The notes beneath the pieces are model-generated. The model had not been told where the DNA came from. It did not search any database and saw only the letters and a list, made by a program, of their open reading frames with translations. DNA of 64,000 bases from an uncultured bacterium (GTDB lineage: Bacteria; Omnitrophota; Omnitrophia; Omnitrophales; Abzuiibacteriaceae): assembly GCA_964387845.1 (NCBI GenBank), contig CAYLXA010000006.1:1-64000 (forward strand), read 5' to 3'. Of the stretch, positions 8,805 through 18,251 are shown one piece after another; position 1 is the stretch's first letter, and each line of letters begins with the position of its first letter. A program made the position numbers and the translations under genes.

Positions 8805-9898
8805 TGTCTCAGCTGGCCGAAACTTCTGTCCATCATGAAATTTTGCAGAAAGCTGTCGACGGAAAAAGAATCAGCGTCGAAGAAGGCATCAAACTTTTCT
8901 CCTGCGATTTGCTCTCGCTCGGCGCTGCAGCCACGAAAGTCAGAAACCGGCTGCATCCCGAACCGGTCGTTACATTTGTGATCGACCGGAACGTCAGTTA
9001 CACGAATATTTGCATCGTCGACTGCGATTTCTGCGCATTTTACCGCCGCCCGGACCACAAAGAAGGCTACACGCTCACGAATGACCAGATTTTCGAAAAG
9101 ATCCAGGAGCTCGTTGATATGGGCGGCACGCAAGTCCTGATTCAGGGCGGCGTCAATCCCAATTTGCCGCTCGATTATTACATCAATTTGATCCGTTCAG
9201 TCCGGGAGAGATTTCCGCAGGTTCACATTCATTCGTTTTCGGTTGTGGAGCTCGATTTTATCGCGAAAAAATCAAAACTTCCGATCAAAGAAGTGCTGCT
9301 CAAGTTTAAAGAAGCCGGCCTCAACTCACTTCCGGGCGCCGGATCCGAGATGTTAGTGGAGCGTGTGCGCGATATCATCAGCCCCAAGAAAAATTCAACC
9401 GAGCGCTGGATTGAAGTCATGCGGACGGCGCACGAAGTCGGTTTGCGTTCGACGGCCACGATGGTGATCGGCCACATCGAAACATTCGCCGAAAGAATCG
9501 AACATCTGGAAGTTTTGCGCAAGCTTCAGGATGAAACGCACGGTTTCCGCGCGTTTATTTCGTGGACCTTATCACCCAAGGGAACACCGCGCATGAGCCA
9601 TCTGGAGCAGGCAAGCGGCGCTGATTTCCTCAAAACCGTCGCGATTTCACGGCTCTTTCTGGATAATTTTGAAAATATTCAAAGCGGTTGGCTCACCGAA
9701 GGCTTGAAGCTTGGGCAAACCGCGCTTTCCTTCGGCGCCAACGATATGGGCGGCACGCTTTTGGAAGACAAGGTGCTGGAGCCGACGGGCGTTCAGGTCA
9801 ATACGCGCCGCGATGATTTGGTGACGCTCATCAAAAAAGCCGGCTACATTCCCGCGCAGCGCAATACAAACTACGAAATTCTGCGCGTTTTCAAATAA
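8801..9898 (+). CDS. radical SAM menaquinone-biosynthesis enzyme, MqnC/MqnE family (dehypoxanthine futalosine cyclase or aminofutalosine synthase)
   Basis: 'NICIVDCDFCAFY' CxxxCxxC cluster motif and ~365 aa; adjacent to the MqnA-like gene. Confidence 0.7.
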   Translation: MMSQLAETSVHHEILQKAVDGKRISVEEGIKLFSCDLLSLGAAATKVRNRLHPEPVVTFVIDRNVSYTNICIVDCDFCAFYRRPDHKEGYTLTNDQIFEKIQELVDMGGTQVLIQGGVNPNLPLDYYINLIRSVRERFPQVHIHSFSVVELDFIAKKSKLPIKEVLLKFKEAGLNSLPGAGSEMLVERVRDIISPKKNSTERWIEVMRTAHEVGLRSTATMVIGHIETFAERIEHLEVLRKLQDETHGFRAFISWTLSPKGTPRMSHLEQASGADFLKTVAISRLFLDNFENIQSGWLTEGLKLGQTALSFGANDMGGTLLEDKVLEPTGVQVNTRRDDLVTLIKKAGYIPAQRNTNYEILRVFK

Positions 9899-9905
9899 TT
9901 CCTTT

Positions 9906-10601
9906 ATGGTTTATACGCAGCCTGACTCCAAATCCATTCAATCCATTTTTGATTCGATTCCAAAGCGCTATGATCTTCTGAATACAGTTTTCAGTTTATC
10001 GTTAGACCGCAATTGGCGCAAAAAAGCCGCGAAATCGGTTATCGAAGGAAACGAAAAATCGGTTTTGGATATCGGTGTCGGAACAGGGAAGTCCATTAGC
10101 GCATTTTTAAAAACGAAACATTTCGATCTGTCCGTCGGATGCGATTTTTCAAAAGGGATGCTCGAAGTCGCCAAAGGCAATGTGAACGGAACGAAGCTCG
10201 CATGTGCGGATATGCATGCGCTGCCGTTTTCGGATGAATCATTCGACATTATCACCTCGAGTTTTGTGCTCCGCAGCGTCCAAAATATGGTGCTTTTTCT
10301 TTCCGAAGTCCGGCGGGCGCTCACCAAAAACGGAAAAATTGCATTTTTGGATTTAACGCGTCCCACAAATCCCTGGGTTTGGAATTTGATGTACAAACCT
10401 TACCTTAAATTTTACATTCCGCTGATCGGAAAAACGGTTTCTCGTCACGACAGGGCGTATCAGTTCTTGTCGCAATCCATCCAGCATTTTATCGATCCTC
10501 ATATTTTAAAGAGCCAGCTTGAGCAAGCCGGATTCAAAGACGTTTCCTTTAAGCCGCTCACGTTTGGAATCGCGACACTGTTTATGGGTAGAAAAGCATG
10601 A
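9906..10601 (+). CDS. menG: demethylmenaquinone/ubiquinone C-methyltransferase (UbiE/MenG family)
   Basis: 'YDLLNTVFSLSLDRNWRK' (the UbiE YDxMN...HRxWR motif) and SAM motif I 'VLDIGVGTGK'. Confidence 0.75.
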   Translation: MVYTQPDSKSIQSIFDSIPKRYDLLNTVFSLSLDRNWRKKAAKSVIEGNEKSVLDIGVGTGKSISAFLKTKHFDLSVGCDFSKGMLEVAKGNVNGTKLACADMHALPFSDESFDIITSSFVLRSVQNMVLFLSEVRRALTKNGKIAFLDLTRPTNPWVWNLMYKPYLKFYIPLIGKTVSRHDRAYQFLSQSIQHFIDPHILKSQLEQAGFKDVSFKPLTFGIATLFMGRKA

Positions 10602-11440
10602 AAAAGGCAGCCCGGATTTTGCTGTCGCTTTTGGCCGGCGTTTTGATTTCGGCTTTTTTAGCGCCTATTCTGCATCAATTTCTGCCATTTAAATTCGAGA
10701 AAATCTTAAACCGGCTGCTCATTATCTCAATTGTTATCGTCTGCTTTGTTTTTGTCCGGTTCGACAAAAATTTCTTCCGTGAAATCGGTTTTCAAAAGGG
10801 GTATTTCAATTTCCGAAATTGGCTTTCCGGATTTGTGCTGAGCTGCGCGGTTTTGTTCGCGCTGGTTTTCCTGGAACTAAACCTCGGCGCTATGGGCTGG
10901 TCCGAAAACTTTTCACTGACGGTGTCGCTTATTTTCTCATCATTATTGACCGCGGTTGTGGTCGGTATCACGGAAGAATTTTTCTTCCGCGGCTATCTTT
11001 ACTTGAAGTTCAAAAAAATACTAAGCGTTACGCAGTCTTTATTGTGGACGAATGTCATTTATTCCGCCGTTCATTTTATGAAGAGCGGACGGCCTTTGAT
11101 CGAAGGCGATCCGACGATGTGGGACAGTTTGCGGGTGATCGGCGCGAGTTTCCGTGGATTCATCCAATTCGGAAATTTCTGGGCGGCATTTGTAGGTCTT
11201 TTTATCTTCGGTTTAGTTCTCAGTTTTGCGTTTTCGCGGACCAAGTCGCTTTATCTTTCCATCGGAATTCATTCCGGCGCGGTTTTCTTCATCAAGCTGA
11301 CGAGTAAATGGTTTGAGTATGACTCCTCATTTTCGTCGCTGATTTACGGCGGGAAGGGCTTTTATTCGGGCTTTTTGGGCTGGCTTTTTATCGGCCTCAT
11401 TGGCTTCGGTGTTTTCTTGTTTACTAAAAAGCATCACTAA
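10598..11440 (+). CDS. CPBP-family intramembrane metalloprotease (CAAX protease/bacteriocin-processing family)
   Basis: 'ITEEFFFRGYL' (EExxxR) and 'SAVHF' (FxxxH) motifs in a multi-TM protein. Confidence 0.65.
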   Translation: MKKAARILLSLLAGVLISAFLAPILHQFLPFKFEKILNRLLIISIVIVCFVFVRFDKNFFREIGFQKGYFNFRNWLSGFVLSCAVLFALVFLELNLGAMGWSENFSLTVSLIFSSLLTAVVVGITEEFFFRGYLYLKFKKILSVTQSLLWTNVIYSAVHFMKSGRPLIEGDPTMWDSLRVIGASFRGFIQFGNFWAAFVGLFIFGLVLSFAFSRTKSLYLSIGIHSGAVFFIKLTSKWFEYDSSFSSLIYGGKGFYSGFLGWLFIGLIGFGVFLFTKKHH

Positions 11441-11462
11441 TTTCCCGCCTCAACCCTCATAT

Positions 11463-11769
11463 TATCCATTTTTAACTACGCTCAGGCCCTCGGCTCAGCC
11501 GACGTTCGGATTTCCCAGCGAGAAATCCTCTCTCGACTTCCGGCTGCCCTCGGCAAGAATGGTTTGCCCAAAAGGCAGCTCACGGAACCGCGAGGAGCTT
11601 GGTCCTGCCTGATATTCGTTGGCAGGTCCGAGCGGTGAGTGGGCAGGCGGCTTGACGCCGCAGGAGCGTCAAGACCGCCGGTGCCTGACGGGCAAACCAT
11701 TCTTGCCACCATGCTCGGGCAGCCTCCCAGACGCGTCTTCGCCGAGGCCTTCGCAGTTAAAAATGGATA
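11463..11769. repeat. GC-rich ~307-bp imperfect palindrome with nested hairpins; candidate structured ncRNA or MITE-like element
   Basis: Terminal arms TATCCATTTTTAA...TTAAAAATGGATA. Perfect 18-bp internal inverted repeat GGCAAGAATGGTTTGCCC (11552–11569) / GGGCAAACCATTCTTGCC (11690–11707). 8-bp GGCTGCCC/GGGCAGCC pairing. Local hairpins CTTGACGC-N7-GCGTCAAG (11651–11673) and a central GGTCCTGCC...GGCAGGTCC hairpin. GC is clearly higher than the flanks; the ORFs called inside look spurious. Confidence 0.4.
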
Positions 11770-11878
11770 CAGACCTGCTTCAATCCAATGAGTTTGACTT
11801 TCTCCTTAATCTGCAGTATCCTAAGACTCTTTTTTACCAATTGCGAAAGACATAAATATAGTAACATCAATCACTTAC

Positions 11879-13051
11879 ATGAATTCAAAACGCCAAATCT
11901 ATTATTTCGACTATAACGCGACAACACCGATGGCGGAAGAAGTGTTGGCCGAAATGATGCCGTTTTTTGGCCCCGCCTACGGAAATCCGTCCAGCACTTA
12001 CCGGTTGGGAAGCGAATCGTTGCGCGCCCTGACTCAAGCGAGGCGCCAAGTTGCTAAGCTGATCGGTGCGGATGAGCGTGAAATTATTTTCACGGGCGGC
12101 GGAACGGAAAGCAACAACATGGCGATCTGGAGCGCGCTCCAAGCCGATCCTTTCAAAAGAAAAATCGTGACCAGCGCGGTCGAACATTCTTCGGTCCGAA
12201 ACGTCCTTTCCGATTTGGAAAAAAGCGGTGTTGAGGTTGTTAAAATCCCGGTTTCGCCGGCGGGTGAATTGGATTTAGACAGACTGGAAAAAGAGCTGAC
12301 CGAAAATGTTGCGGTTGTTTCGATTATGTGGGCCAACAATGAAACAGGTGTTGTATTTCCGGTCGATAAAATCACCCAGATTGTGAAATCAAAGAATATT
12401 TTGCTCCACGTGGACGCGGTGCAGGCGATCGGGAAAATTAAAATCGATTTATCGAAAACCGCCGTTGATTATTTGTCGCTCGCAGCACACAAATTTTACG
12501 GGCCGAAAGGCATCGGCGCGCTTTTTGTCCGGAAAAATGCCCCGGTTCATCCTTTGATTTTGGGCGGCCATCAGGAGCGCGGCCTGCGCGGCGGAACGGA
12601 GAATGTGCCGGGTATCGTTGGTATGGGAAAAGCCGCAGAGCTTCTTTTGAAAACCAGCGAAGATTCAATCATTCAAATGGGAAGATGGCGCGAACAGCTG
12701 GAGAAAGCCCTGATTCGCGATATTCCGGAAATTATTGTGAACGGAAAGTTATCGGCGCGGGCTTGCAATACGCTAAACGTTACGATTCCGGGCGTTTTAT
12801 CCGAAGTTTTGATCCCAAAGCTGGATGAGGCCGGTATTTGTGTCTCAAGCGGTTCGGCGTGCCTGACGGGCGCTCAAGAACCTTCGGTGGTTTTGCAGGC
12901 GATGGGTGTTTCGAAAGAAGACGCGATGTGTTCCGTTCGTATCAGCTTGGGATCCAAAACAACGCAGGAAGAAGTGGATTATTTAATTCAGATGATGCCG
13001 AAAGCGGTCCGGGAAATTCGGCAAACCAAAATTGGAGCGAAAAAGCAATGA
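11879..13051 (+). CDS. cysteine desulfurase (NifS/IscS family, PLP-dependent)
   Basis: 'FTGGGTESNN', 'SLAAHKFYGPKGIGALFVR' (PLP Lys) and the catalytic 'SSGSACLTG' loop. Confidence 0.85.
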   Translation: MNSKRQIYYFDYNATTPMAEEVLAEMMPFFGPAYGNPSSTYRLGSESLRALTQARRQVAKLIGADEREIIFTGGGTESNNMAIWSALQADPFKRKIVTSAVEHSSVRNVLSDLEKSGVEVVKIPVSPAGELDLDRLEKELTENVAVVSIMWANNETGVVFPVDKITQIVKSKNILLHVDAVQAIGKIKIDLSKTAVDYLSLAAHKFYGPKGIGALFVRKNAPVHPLILGGHQERGLRGGTENVPGIVGMGKAAELLLKTSEDSIIQMGRWREQLEKALIRDIPEIIVNGKLSARACNTLNVTIPGVLSEVLIPKLDEAGICVSSGSACLTGAQEPSVVLQAMGVSKEDAMCSVRISLGSKTTQEEVDYLIQMMPKAVREIRQTKIGAKKQ

Positions 13052-14151
13052 TTCAGGAATCGGATGTTTTGAGCGCGCTGAAGCAGGTGCAAGATCCCGA
13101 CCTTAAGATTGATATCGTGACGCTCAAGTTCGTGAAGAACGTCACAATCAAAGGTGGCGATGTGAGTTTCGATATCGAGCTGACGACTCCGGCGTGCCCC
13201 GTGAAAGACCAATTAAAAGAAGAGGCAGGCCGGGTTGTCCGGAAAATCCAGGGCGTGGTGAATGTGAATGTGAATATGACTTCTAACGTAAAAGCGCGGG
13301 CGAGCGCGGGAAGCGCTGTGCTGCCGAAAGTAAAAAATGTGATTGCCGTTGCGAGCGGCAAGGGAGGTGTCGGAAAATCAACCGTGGCGGCTAATTTGGC
13401 GCTTGCACTTGCGAAAACCGGTGCAAAAACGGGTTTGCTGGATGCCGATGTGTACGGCCCGAGCATTCCGGTGATGTTTGGCGTAAACGATCAGCCGGAA
13501 GTGACCGGTGATCAGAAAATTATTCCGATTGAAAGTCAGGGCTTGAAACTCATGTCGATGGGTTTTATCTCGAATGATGATTCGCCCGTGATTTGGCGGG
13601 GCCCGATGGTGCACGGTATTTTGCAGCAATTCCTGACGCGCGTTGAATGGGGCGCTCTCGATTATTTGGTGATGGATTTGCCGCCCGGCACAGGCGATGC
13701 GCAGCTGACACTCACGCAATCGGCGCCGATTTCGGGCGCTGTGATTGTCACGACGCCGCAAGAAGTGAGTCTTGTGGATGCGCGCAAAGGCCTCAAAATG
13801 TTTCAGAAAGTGAATGTGCCGGTCCTTGGTATTGTCGAAAACATGAGTTATTTTGTCTGCCCCGATTGCAACAAACGTCACAACATTTTCCGCTCGGGCG
13901 GCGGCCGTAAAACTGCCGATGAATTGGGCGTTTTGCTCTTGGGTGAAGTGCCGATTGATCCGGAAGTTTCGGAATCGGGTGACGCCGGCGTGCCGATTGT
14001 GGCGCGTAACGAAAAATCACCGGCCGCGAAGGCGTATCAAAATATTGCCGGAGCCGTTGCCGCGCAGCTCAGCATCGTCAATATGAAAAACGCTAATGTC
14101 CAATCTGATTTTAAAATGACCTGGAAAACGGTGCCGCAAAACCCGTCATGA
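13048..14151 (+). CDS. Fe-S cluster carrier ATPase Mrp/ApbC/NBP35 family with an N-terminal DUF59 (MIP18-like) domain
   Basis: ATG at 13048 overlaps the NifS stop (ATGA). Deviant Walker A 'ASGKGGVGKST' and a CPDC (CxxC) motif. The upstream ORF extension to 12838 lies inside nifS and is rejected. Confidence 0.85.
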   Translation: MIQESDVLSALKQVQDPDLKIDIVTLKFVKNVTIKGGDVSFDIELTTPACPVKDQLKEEAGRVVRKIQGVVNVNVNMTSNVKARASAGSAVLPKVKNVIAVASGKGGVGKSTVAANLALALAKTGAKTGLLDADVYGPSIPVMFGVNDQPEVTGDQKIIPIESQGLKLMSMGFISNDDSPVIWRGPMVHGILQQFLTRVEWGALDYLVMDLPPGTGDAQLTLTQSAPISGAVIVTTPQEVSLVDARKGLKMFQKVNVPVLGIVENMSYFVCPDCNKRHNIFRSGGGRKTADELGVLLLGEVPIDPEVSESGDAGVPIVARNEKSPAAKAYQNIAGAVAAQLSIVNMKNANVQSDFKMTWKTVPQNPS

Positions 14152-14477
14152 GCGAAATCGCGATTCCGACCGAAATCAAGCAAGCTGGCCCGCAGGAACT
14201 TGGGATCAAGTGGTCAGATGGGCACGACAGTGTTTATGGCTGTTATAATCTTCGGCTCCACTGCCGCTGTGCCAATTGTGTGGATGAATGGAACGGAGCA
14301 GCGAGATTAAATCGCGAGATGGTGCCGACGGATGTTCATCCGCTCACGATTGAAAGTGTCGGGCGTTACGGGCTTAAAATCAATTGGAGCGACGGGCACA
14401 GCACGGGCATTTATGCGTATCAGTCGTTGAGAGATTATTGTGAATGCAGTTTATGCGTGAAAGCGGGGAAGTCATGA
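14148..14477 (+). CDS. DUF971 (gamma-butyrobetaine hydroxylase N-terminal-like) domain protein, Fe-S assembly associated
   Basis: Duplicated 'W-DGH' halves ('IKWSDGHDS...', '[10 protein letters not shown]') with CxxC pairs; start overlaps the Mrp stop. Confidence 0.55.
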   Translation: MSEIAIPTEIKQAGPQELGIKWSDGHDSVYGCYNLRLHCRCANCVDEWNGAARLNREMVPTDVHPLTIESVGRYGLKINWSDGHSTGIYAYQSLRDYCECSLCVKAGKS

Positions 14478-15070
14478 GAAAAGAAAAAAACGGATTGGGC
14501 ATTGCTGATGATCCAAAAATCGAATCACTCATCAAGGATTTAATCGAAAAGCTCGGCGAGGATCCGTCGCGCGAAGGTTTGCTCGAAACCCCAAAGCGCG
14601 TCGAAGCGTCGCTTCGTTATTTAACGAGAGGCTACAAGCAGGATATCGAAAAAGTCCTCAACAACGCGATTTTTGAAGAAAATTACGACGAGATGGTCGT
14701 GTTAAAAGACATCGACCTTTTTAGTCTGTGCGAACATCATTTGCTTCCGTTTTACGGAAAAGCACATGTTGCGTATCTGCCCAACAAAAAAATCATCGGC
14801 CTATCCAAAATTCCGCGTGTGGTGGACGTATTTGCGCGCCGTTTACAGGTTCAGGAGCGCCTCACGGGACAAATCGCTGACTGTCTCATGCAATATTTGA
14901 AGCCGAAAGGTGTTGCGGTCGTGATTGAAGCGTTTCACTTGTGTATGGCGATGCGCGGTGTCGAAAAGAAAGATTCTTACTGCGTGACGAGCTCCATGCT
15001 CGGCGGATTCAGGTCCGATGAAAGGTCGCGTGCGGAATTCCTGAGTTTGATCGGAAAGCGGAACGGCTAG
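14474..15070 (+). CDS. folE: GTP cyclohydrolase I (FolE)
   Basis: '[20 protein letters not shown]' active-site motif. ATG at 14474 (ATGA overlap with the upstream stop) preferred over the in-frame ATG at 14444. Confidence 0.8.
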   Translation: MRKEKNGLGIADDPKIESLIKDLIEKLGEDPSREGLLETPKRVEASLRYLTRGYKQDIEKVLNNAIFEENYDEMVVLKDIDLFSLCEHHLLPFYGKAHVAYLPNKKIIGLSKIPRVVDVFARRLQVQERLTGQIADCLMQYLKPKGVAVVIEAFHLCMAMRGVEKKDSYCVTSSMLGGFRSDERSRAEFLSLIGKRNG

Positions 15071-16125
15071 TTTTTCGTTCCGGAACGGAGCGATTCGATT
15101 TCGGCTTCGAGATTGGCAATTCTTTTCTTCAGGTCGCTGACATCCCCAAAACTTTCGGCAGCGCGAAGCTGTGCGGCGATTTGCCTGCGCATTTCCTGAT
15201 AAGGCCGCGCCGGCTGGCCAAACCAAATTTGCTTAGCCGGAATTTTTTTGCCGGAAGGAACGCCGGAATTTCCGCCGAGCATCGTACCGTCGCCGATTTC
15301 CACGTGATCCGCGAGCCCTGCGCCGCCGCCCATAGTTACAAAATTCCCGATTTTGCAGCTTCCGGAAATTCCGCATTTTGCTGAAATTGCGCAATGCTCG
15401 CCGATTTCCACATTGTGCGCGATTTGGACCTGATTATCGATTTTGGTTCCTTTGCCGATGACGGTTTCGCCGACCGTGGCGCGGTCTATCGTGGTTCCGG
15501 CGCCGATTTCGACATCGTCATGCACGACAACGATACCGACTTGCGGCACTTTTTGCTGCTGCTTGCCGTCAAATACAAACCCGAATCCATCTGCACCCAA
15601 AACGGCACCGGCATGAATCGTGACGCGGTTTCCAATTTTGGTTTGATCGTAAATTGTCACATTCGGGTGAATAACGGAATTTTCGCCGATCACGGCTGAC
15701 TCACCGATGTGAACATTGGCCCGGATGACCGAATTTTTTCCGATCTGTACTTTCTCGCCGATCACGGCGAATGCCTCTACTGTCACATTGTCTCCGATTT
15801 TGGCCGTCGGCGCGATGAAAGCTTGTTTTGAAATTTGTCCGTCGAATTTTTTTGGCGGATGAAACAGGGAAAGCAGCATGGCGAACGCGAGTTTGGGATT
15901 ATCGGTTTGAATCAGCGGCTTGGATGATTTCGTGATGTTTTTGGGGACGATGATGCAGGCGATTTCGCTTTTCTCAAGCGCCGGCAAGTCTTTCGGGTTC
16001 AGTAAAAACGTAATACCACCCCGAATCGGCTTTTCGAATCCGGAAACATCGCCGATTTCGATTTTGGAATCACCGATAACCGTTCCGTGAATGATTTCTG
16101 ATAACTTTTGAATCGTGTAAGGCAT
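15067..16125 (-). CDS. lpxD: UDP-3-O-(3-hydroxyacyl)glucosamine N-acyltransferase (LpxD) with a ~35-aa C-terminal coiled-coil-like extension
   Basis: Long left-handed beta-helix hexapeptide repeats and an LpxD-type N-terminus '[14 protein letters not shown]'. ATG at 16125 chosen by homology to canonical LpxD starts; a TTG at 16173 is also in frame. Confidence 0.8.
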   Translation of the reverse strand: MPYTIQKLSEIIHGTVIGDSKIEIGDVSGFEKPIRGGITFLLNPKDLPALEKSEIACIIVPKNITKSSKPLIQTDNPKLAFAMLLSLFHPPKKFDGQISKQAFIAPTAKIGDNVTVEAFAVIGEKVQIGKNSVIRANVHIGESAVIGENSVIHPNVTIYDQTKIGNRVTIHAGAVLGADGFGFVFDGKQQQKVPQVGIVVVHDDVEIGAGTTIDRATVGETVIGKGTKIDNQVQIAHNVEIGEHCAISAKCGISGSCKIGNFVTMGGGAGLADHVEIGDGTMLGGNSGVPSGKKIPAKQIWFGQPARPYQEMRRQIAAQLRAAESFGDVSDLKKRIANLEAEIESLRSGTKN

Positions 16126-16185
16126 GGCGAGCATTTTAACTGGTAGGAGTCGAAAGTCAAGAAGGTCTGCCAAAGCTAAACAACT

Positions 16186-16214
16186 CTTGTTTTCCTAACT
16201 TCTGATGGTATAAT
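16186..16214 (+). promoter_or_regulatory. candidate promoter with extended -10 (TGgTATAAT) and weak -35 (CTTGTT, 17-nt spacer)
   Basis: Hexamers read directly. An AAGGAG RBS at 16228–16233 precedes the ATG at 16241. Lies in the divergent region between lpxD and the lipoprotein gene. Confidence 0.35.
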
Positions 16215-16240
16215 GCGTTATCAAACCAAGGAGTTTTCTA

Positions 16241-17215
16241 ATGAAAAAGTTTTTTATCTTAATTCCATTGCTCCTGCTTTTGACCGGCTGCTTTGACGCT
16301 ACTTTTAATTTTAAAACAAATGTTGCTTCCGATGGTTCGATTACCCGCGAAACTAAGATAGAAGGCCGGGGCGCCGACCGCTTTTTACCGCCCGCCGGCA
16401 AGGGCTGGGAAGTCAAAACCTACCAAACTCGCGGCGGCCAGTCGGTTTTAGATGATAAATATCACCATATTTATGCGATCGGCCGTTTTAAAAATTCTTC
16501 TCAGATGGGCAGCGATTATCAATACGATTCCGAAAGCGCTTTTACCGAAGTCAGCGATGAAGAACGGCAGAATTTTATCCAGCTCGGAGTTGTAGAGCCT
16601 TTCAACGAAACCATTTATTCCAAAAATAATGTTCAGGTCGTTAAGAAGAGCGGTCTTTTCAAATCGCAATTTGAATATGCAGAGACTTTTAAAAATCAGC
16701 ACATCATCGAATTGCTTTTGAATGATTTGAAAAAGGAAGTTGTGCGCCAGCAGGAAGTCGCGGTTGAAGAAGCCGGCGCAGCTTCCGCTCCGGCCGCTCA
16801 AAACGCACAACCGGGAGAAGGCGCTGAAAAAGCCGGGGCAATCGATCCCGAAGTGCTGCCGGTTACCATTGAAGGGCAGCTTTTATCAGCTCAGAAAGTT
16901 GAGACCATTGCGCGTGAGCGATTGGACAGAGAAATCCTTTCACAATTTAAATTTCATTCCGAAGTGACTTTGCCCGGAAAGATCATTTCATCGAATGCCG
17001 ACCGCGTGCTTGGCAATACCGCAATCTGGGACTTTACCGCGAAAGATTTTAAGGGAGGCATTGCCCAGAAGACACTTTCCATTCAATCGGAAATGATCGA
17101 ATGGAAAACCATCGTTTTGCTTTCTGTTTTGGCGCTTGTGATCATTTTTGGAATCGGGTCAGCACTTACCAAGAAACCAAAAACCGGCCGTTCACGTTCA
17201 AGTAAACGGCATTGA
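16241..17215 (+). CDS. lipoprotein (lipobox LLLTGC) with a C-terminal TM helix and basic tail; hypothetical
   Basis: 'LLLLTGCFD' lipobox. C-terminal '[16 protein letters not shown]' TM plus a [14 protein letters not shown] tail. Confidence 0.5.
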   Translation: MKKFFILIPLLLLLTGCFDATFNFKTNVASDGSITRETKIEGRGADRFLPPAGKGWEVKTYQTRGGQSVLDDKYHHIYAIGRFKNSSQMGSDYQYDSESAFTEVSDEERQNFIQLGVVEPFNETIYSKNNVQVVKKSGLFKSQFEYAETFKNQHIIELLLNDLKKEVVRQQEVAVEEAGAASAPAAQNAQPGEGAEKAGAIDPEVLPVTIEGQLLSAQKVETIARERLDREILSQFKFHSEVTLPGKIISSNADRVLGNTAIWDFTAKDFKGGIAQKTLSIQSEMIEWKTIVLLSVLALVIIFGIGSALTKKPKTGRSRSSKRH

Positions 17216-17217
17216 TT

Positions 17218-18219
17218 ATGAAAAAAGCGCTGATCACAGGAATTACGGGGCAGGATGGCTCCTACCTAGCCGAATTTTTGCTGAAAAAAGGCTATCAGGT
17301 TCATGGCATCATCCGCCGGACGAGCACCTTCAATAGCCGCTCGCGCCTGGAGCCCATTTATCAGGATCCGCAAATCAAACATGCGTCACTCATTTTGCAT
17401 TACGGTGATTTGAATGACGCAAGTTCGCTAAACAAATTGCTTCGCACGATCCGCCCGAATGAAATTTATAATTTAGGCGCGCAATCGCACGTTAAAACCA
17501 GCTTTGATATTCCGGAATATACTTCAGAAGTTACCGCGATCGGCGCGCTCCGGCTTCTGGAGGCAATCCGCGAGTCCGGCCTTCATCCCAAATACTATCA
17601 AGCTTCTTCCAGCGAAATGTTCGGCCGCGCACTGAAAGGGAAGAAGCAGAATGAAAAAACCGTGTTCAATCCCGTAAGCCCTTACGCGGCTGCGAAGGAA
17701 TTTGCGAACCGCATCACAACCATTTACCGGGAAAGTTACGGCATGTTTGCCTGCAACGGTATTTTGTTCAATCACGAATCGCCGCGGCGCGGTGAAACAT
17801 TCGTCACGCGTAAGATCACGATTGCGGTCGCGCGTATCAAGCATGGCCTTCAGGACAAACTTTATCTCGGAAATTTGAATGCCAAACGCGACTGGGGTTT
17901 TGCGGGCGACTATGTGGAAGCAATGTGGCTCATGCTCCAGCACAAAAAACCGGATGATTACGTGATCGCAACCGGCGAAACGCACACCGTGCGCGAATTT
18001 TTAGAAGAAGCGTTTGATTATGCAGGCCTCAATTGGAAAAAACATGTTCGCATTGATCCGCGCTATTTTCGTCCGTTAGAAGTTGAGTACTTGCAGGGTG
18101 ACGCGTCCAAAGCGCGCAGGGTTTTGGGATGGAAGCCGCGCGTTTCCTTCAAACAATTGGTGCAGATGATGGTTGACGCGGATATAGCCGCTTTTCATTC
18201 TGAAAGAGTTAGAGTTTAA
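17218..18219 (+). CDS. gmd: GDP-mannose 4,6-dehydratase (Gmd)
   Basis: '[19 protein letters not shown]' Rossmann motif, 'YAAAK' catalytic Y-x3-K, and a typical Gmd '[12 protein letters not shown]' segment. Confidence 0.9.
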   Translation: MKKALITGITGQDGSYLAEFLLKKGYQVHGIIRRTSTFNSRSRLEPIYQDPQIKHASLILHYGDLNDASSLNKLLRTIRPNEIYNLGAQSHVKTSFDIPEYTSEVTAIGALRLLEAIRESGLHPKYYQASSSEMFGRALKGKKQNEKTVFNPVSPYAAAKEFANRITTIYRESYGMFACNGILFNHESPRRGETFVTRKITIAVARIKHGLQDKLYLGNLNAKRDWGFAGDYVEAMWLMLQHKKPDDYVIATGETHTVREFLEEAFDYAGLNWKKHVRIDPRYFRPLEVEYLQGDASKARRVLGWKPRVSFKQLVQMMVDADIAAFHSERVRV

Positions 18220-18251
18220 AATTAATTCCCTACTTTTTCTGGCTTACCAAT

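Noticed and set aside
11400-11855. Three ORFs (11400–11612 +, 11482–11712 −, 11619–11855 +) predicted inside the palindromic element
   Set aside because: They overlap each other on both strands, lie entirely within a hairpin-forming GC-rich palindrome, and have no RBS or homology. Sequence symmetry artefacts are the better explanation.
12838-13047. Upstream extension of the Mrp/ApbC ORF to 12838
   Set aside because: The extension runs entirely inside the well-supported nifS CDS in another frame. A canonical ATG at 13048 overlaps the nifS stop and starts the conserved DUF59 domain.
15076-15087. Perfect palindrome CGTTCCGGAACG preceded by T5, looking like a terminator between folE and lpxD
   Set aside because: It lies inside the lpxD coding sequence and has no downstream U-run on either transcript orientation. 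It was recorded only as a curiosity under the LpxD finding.
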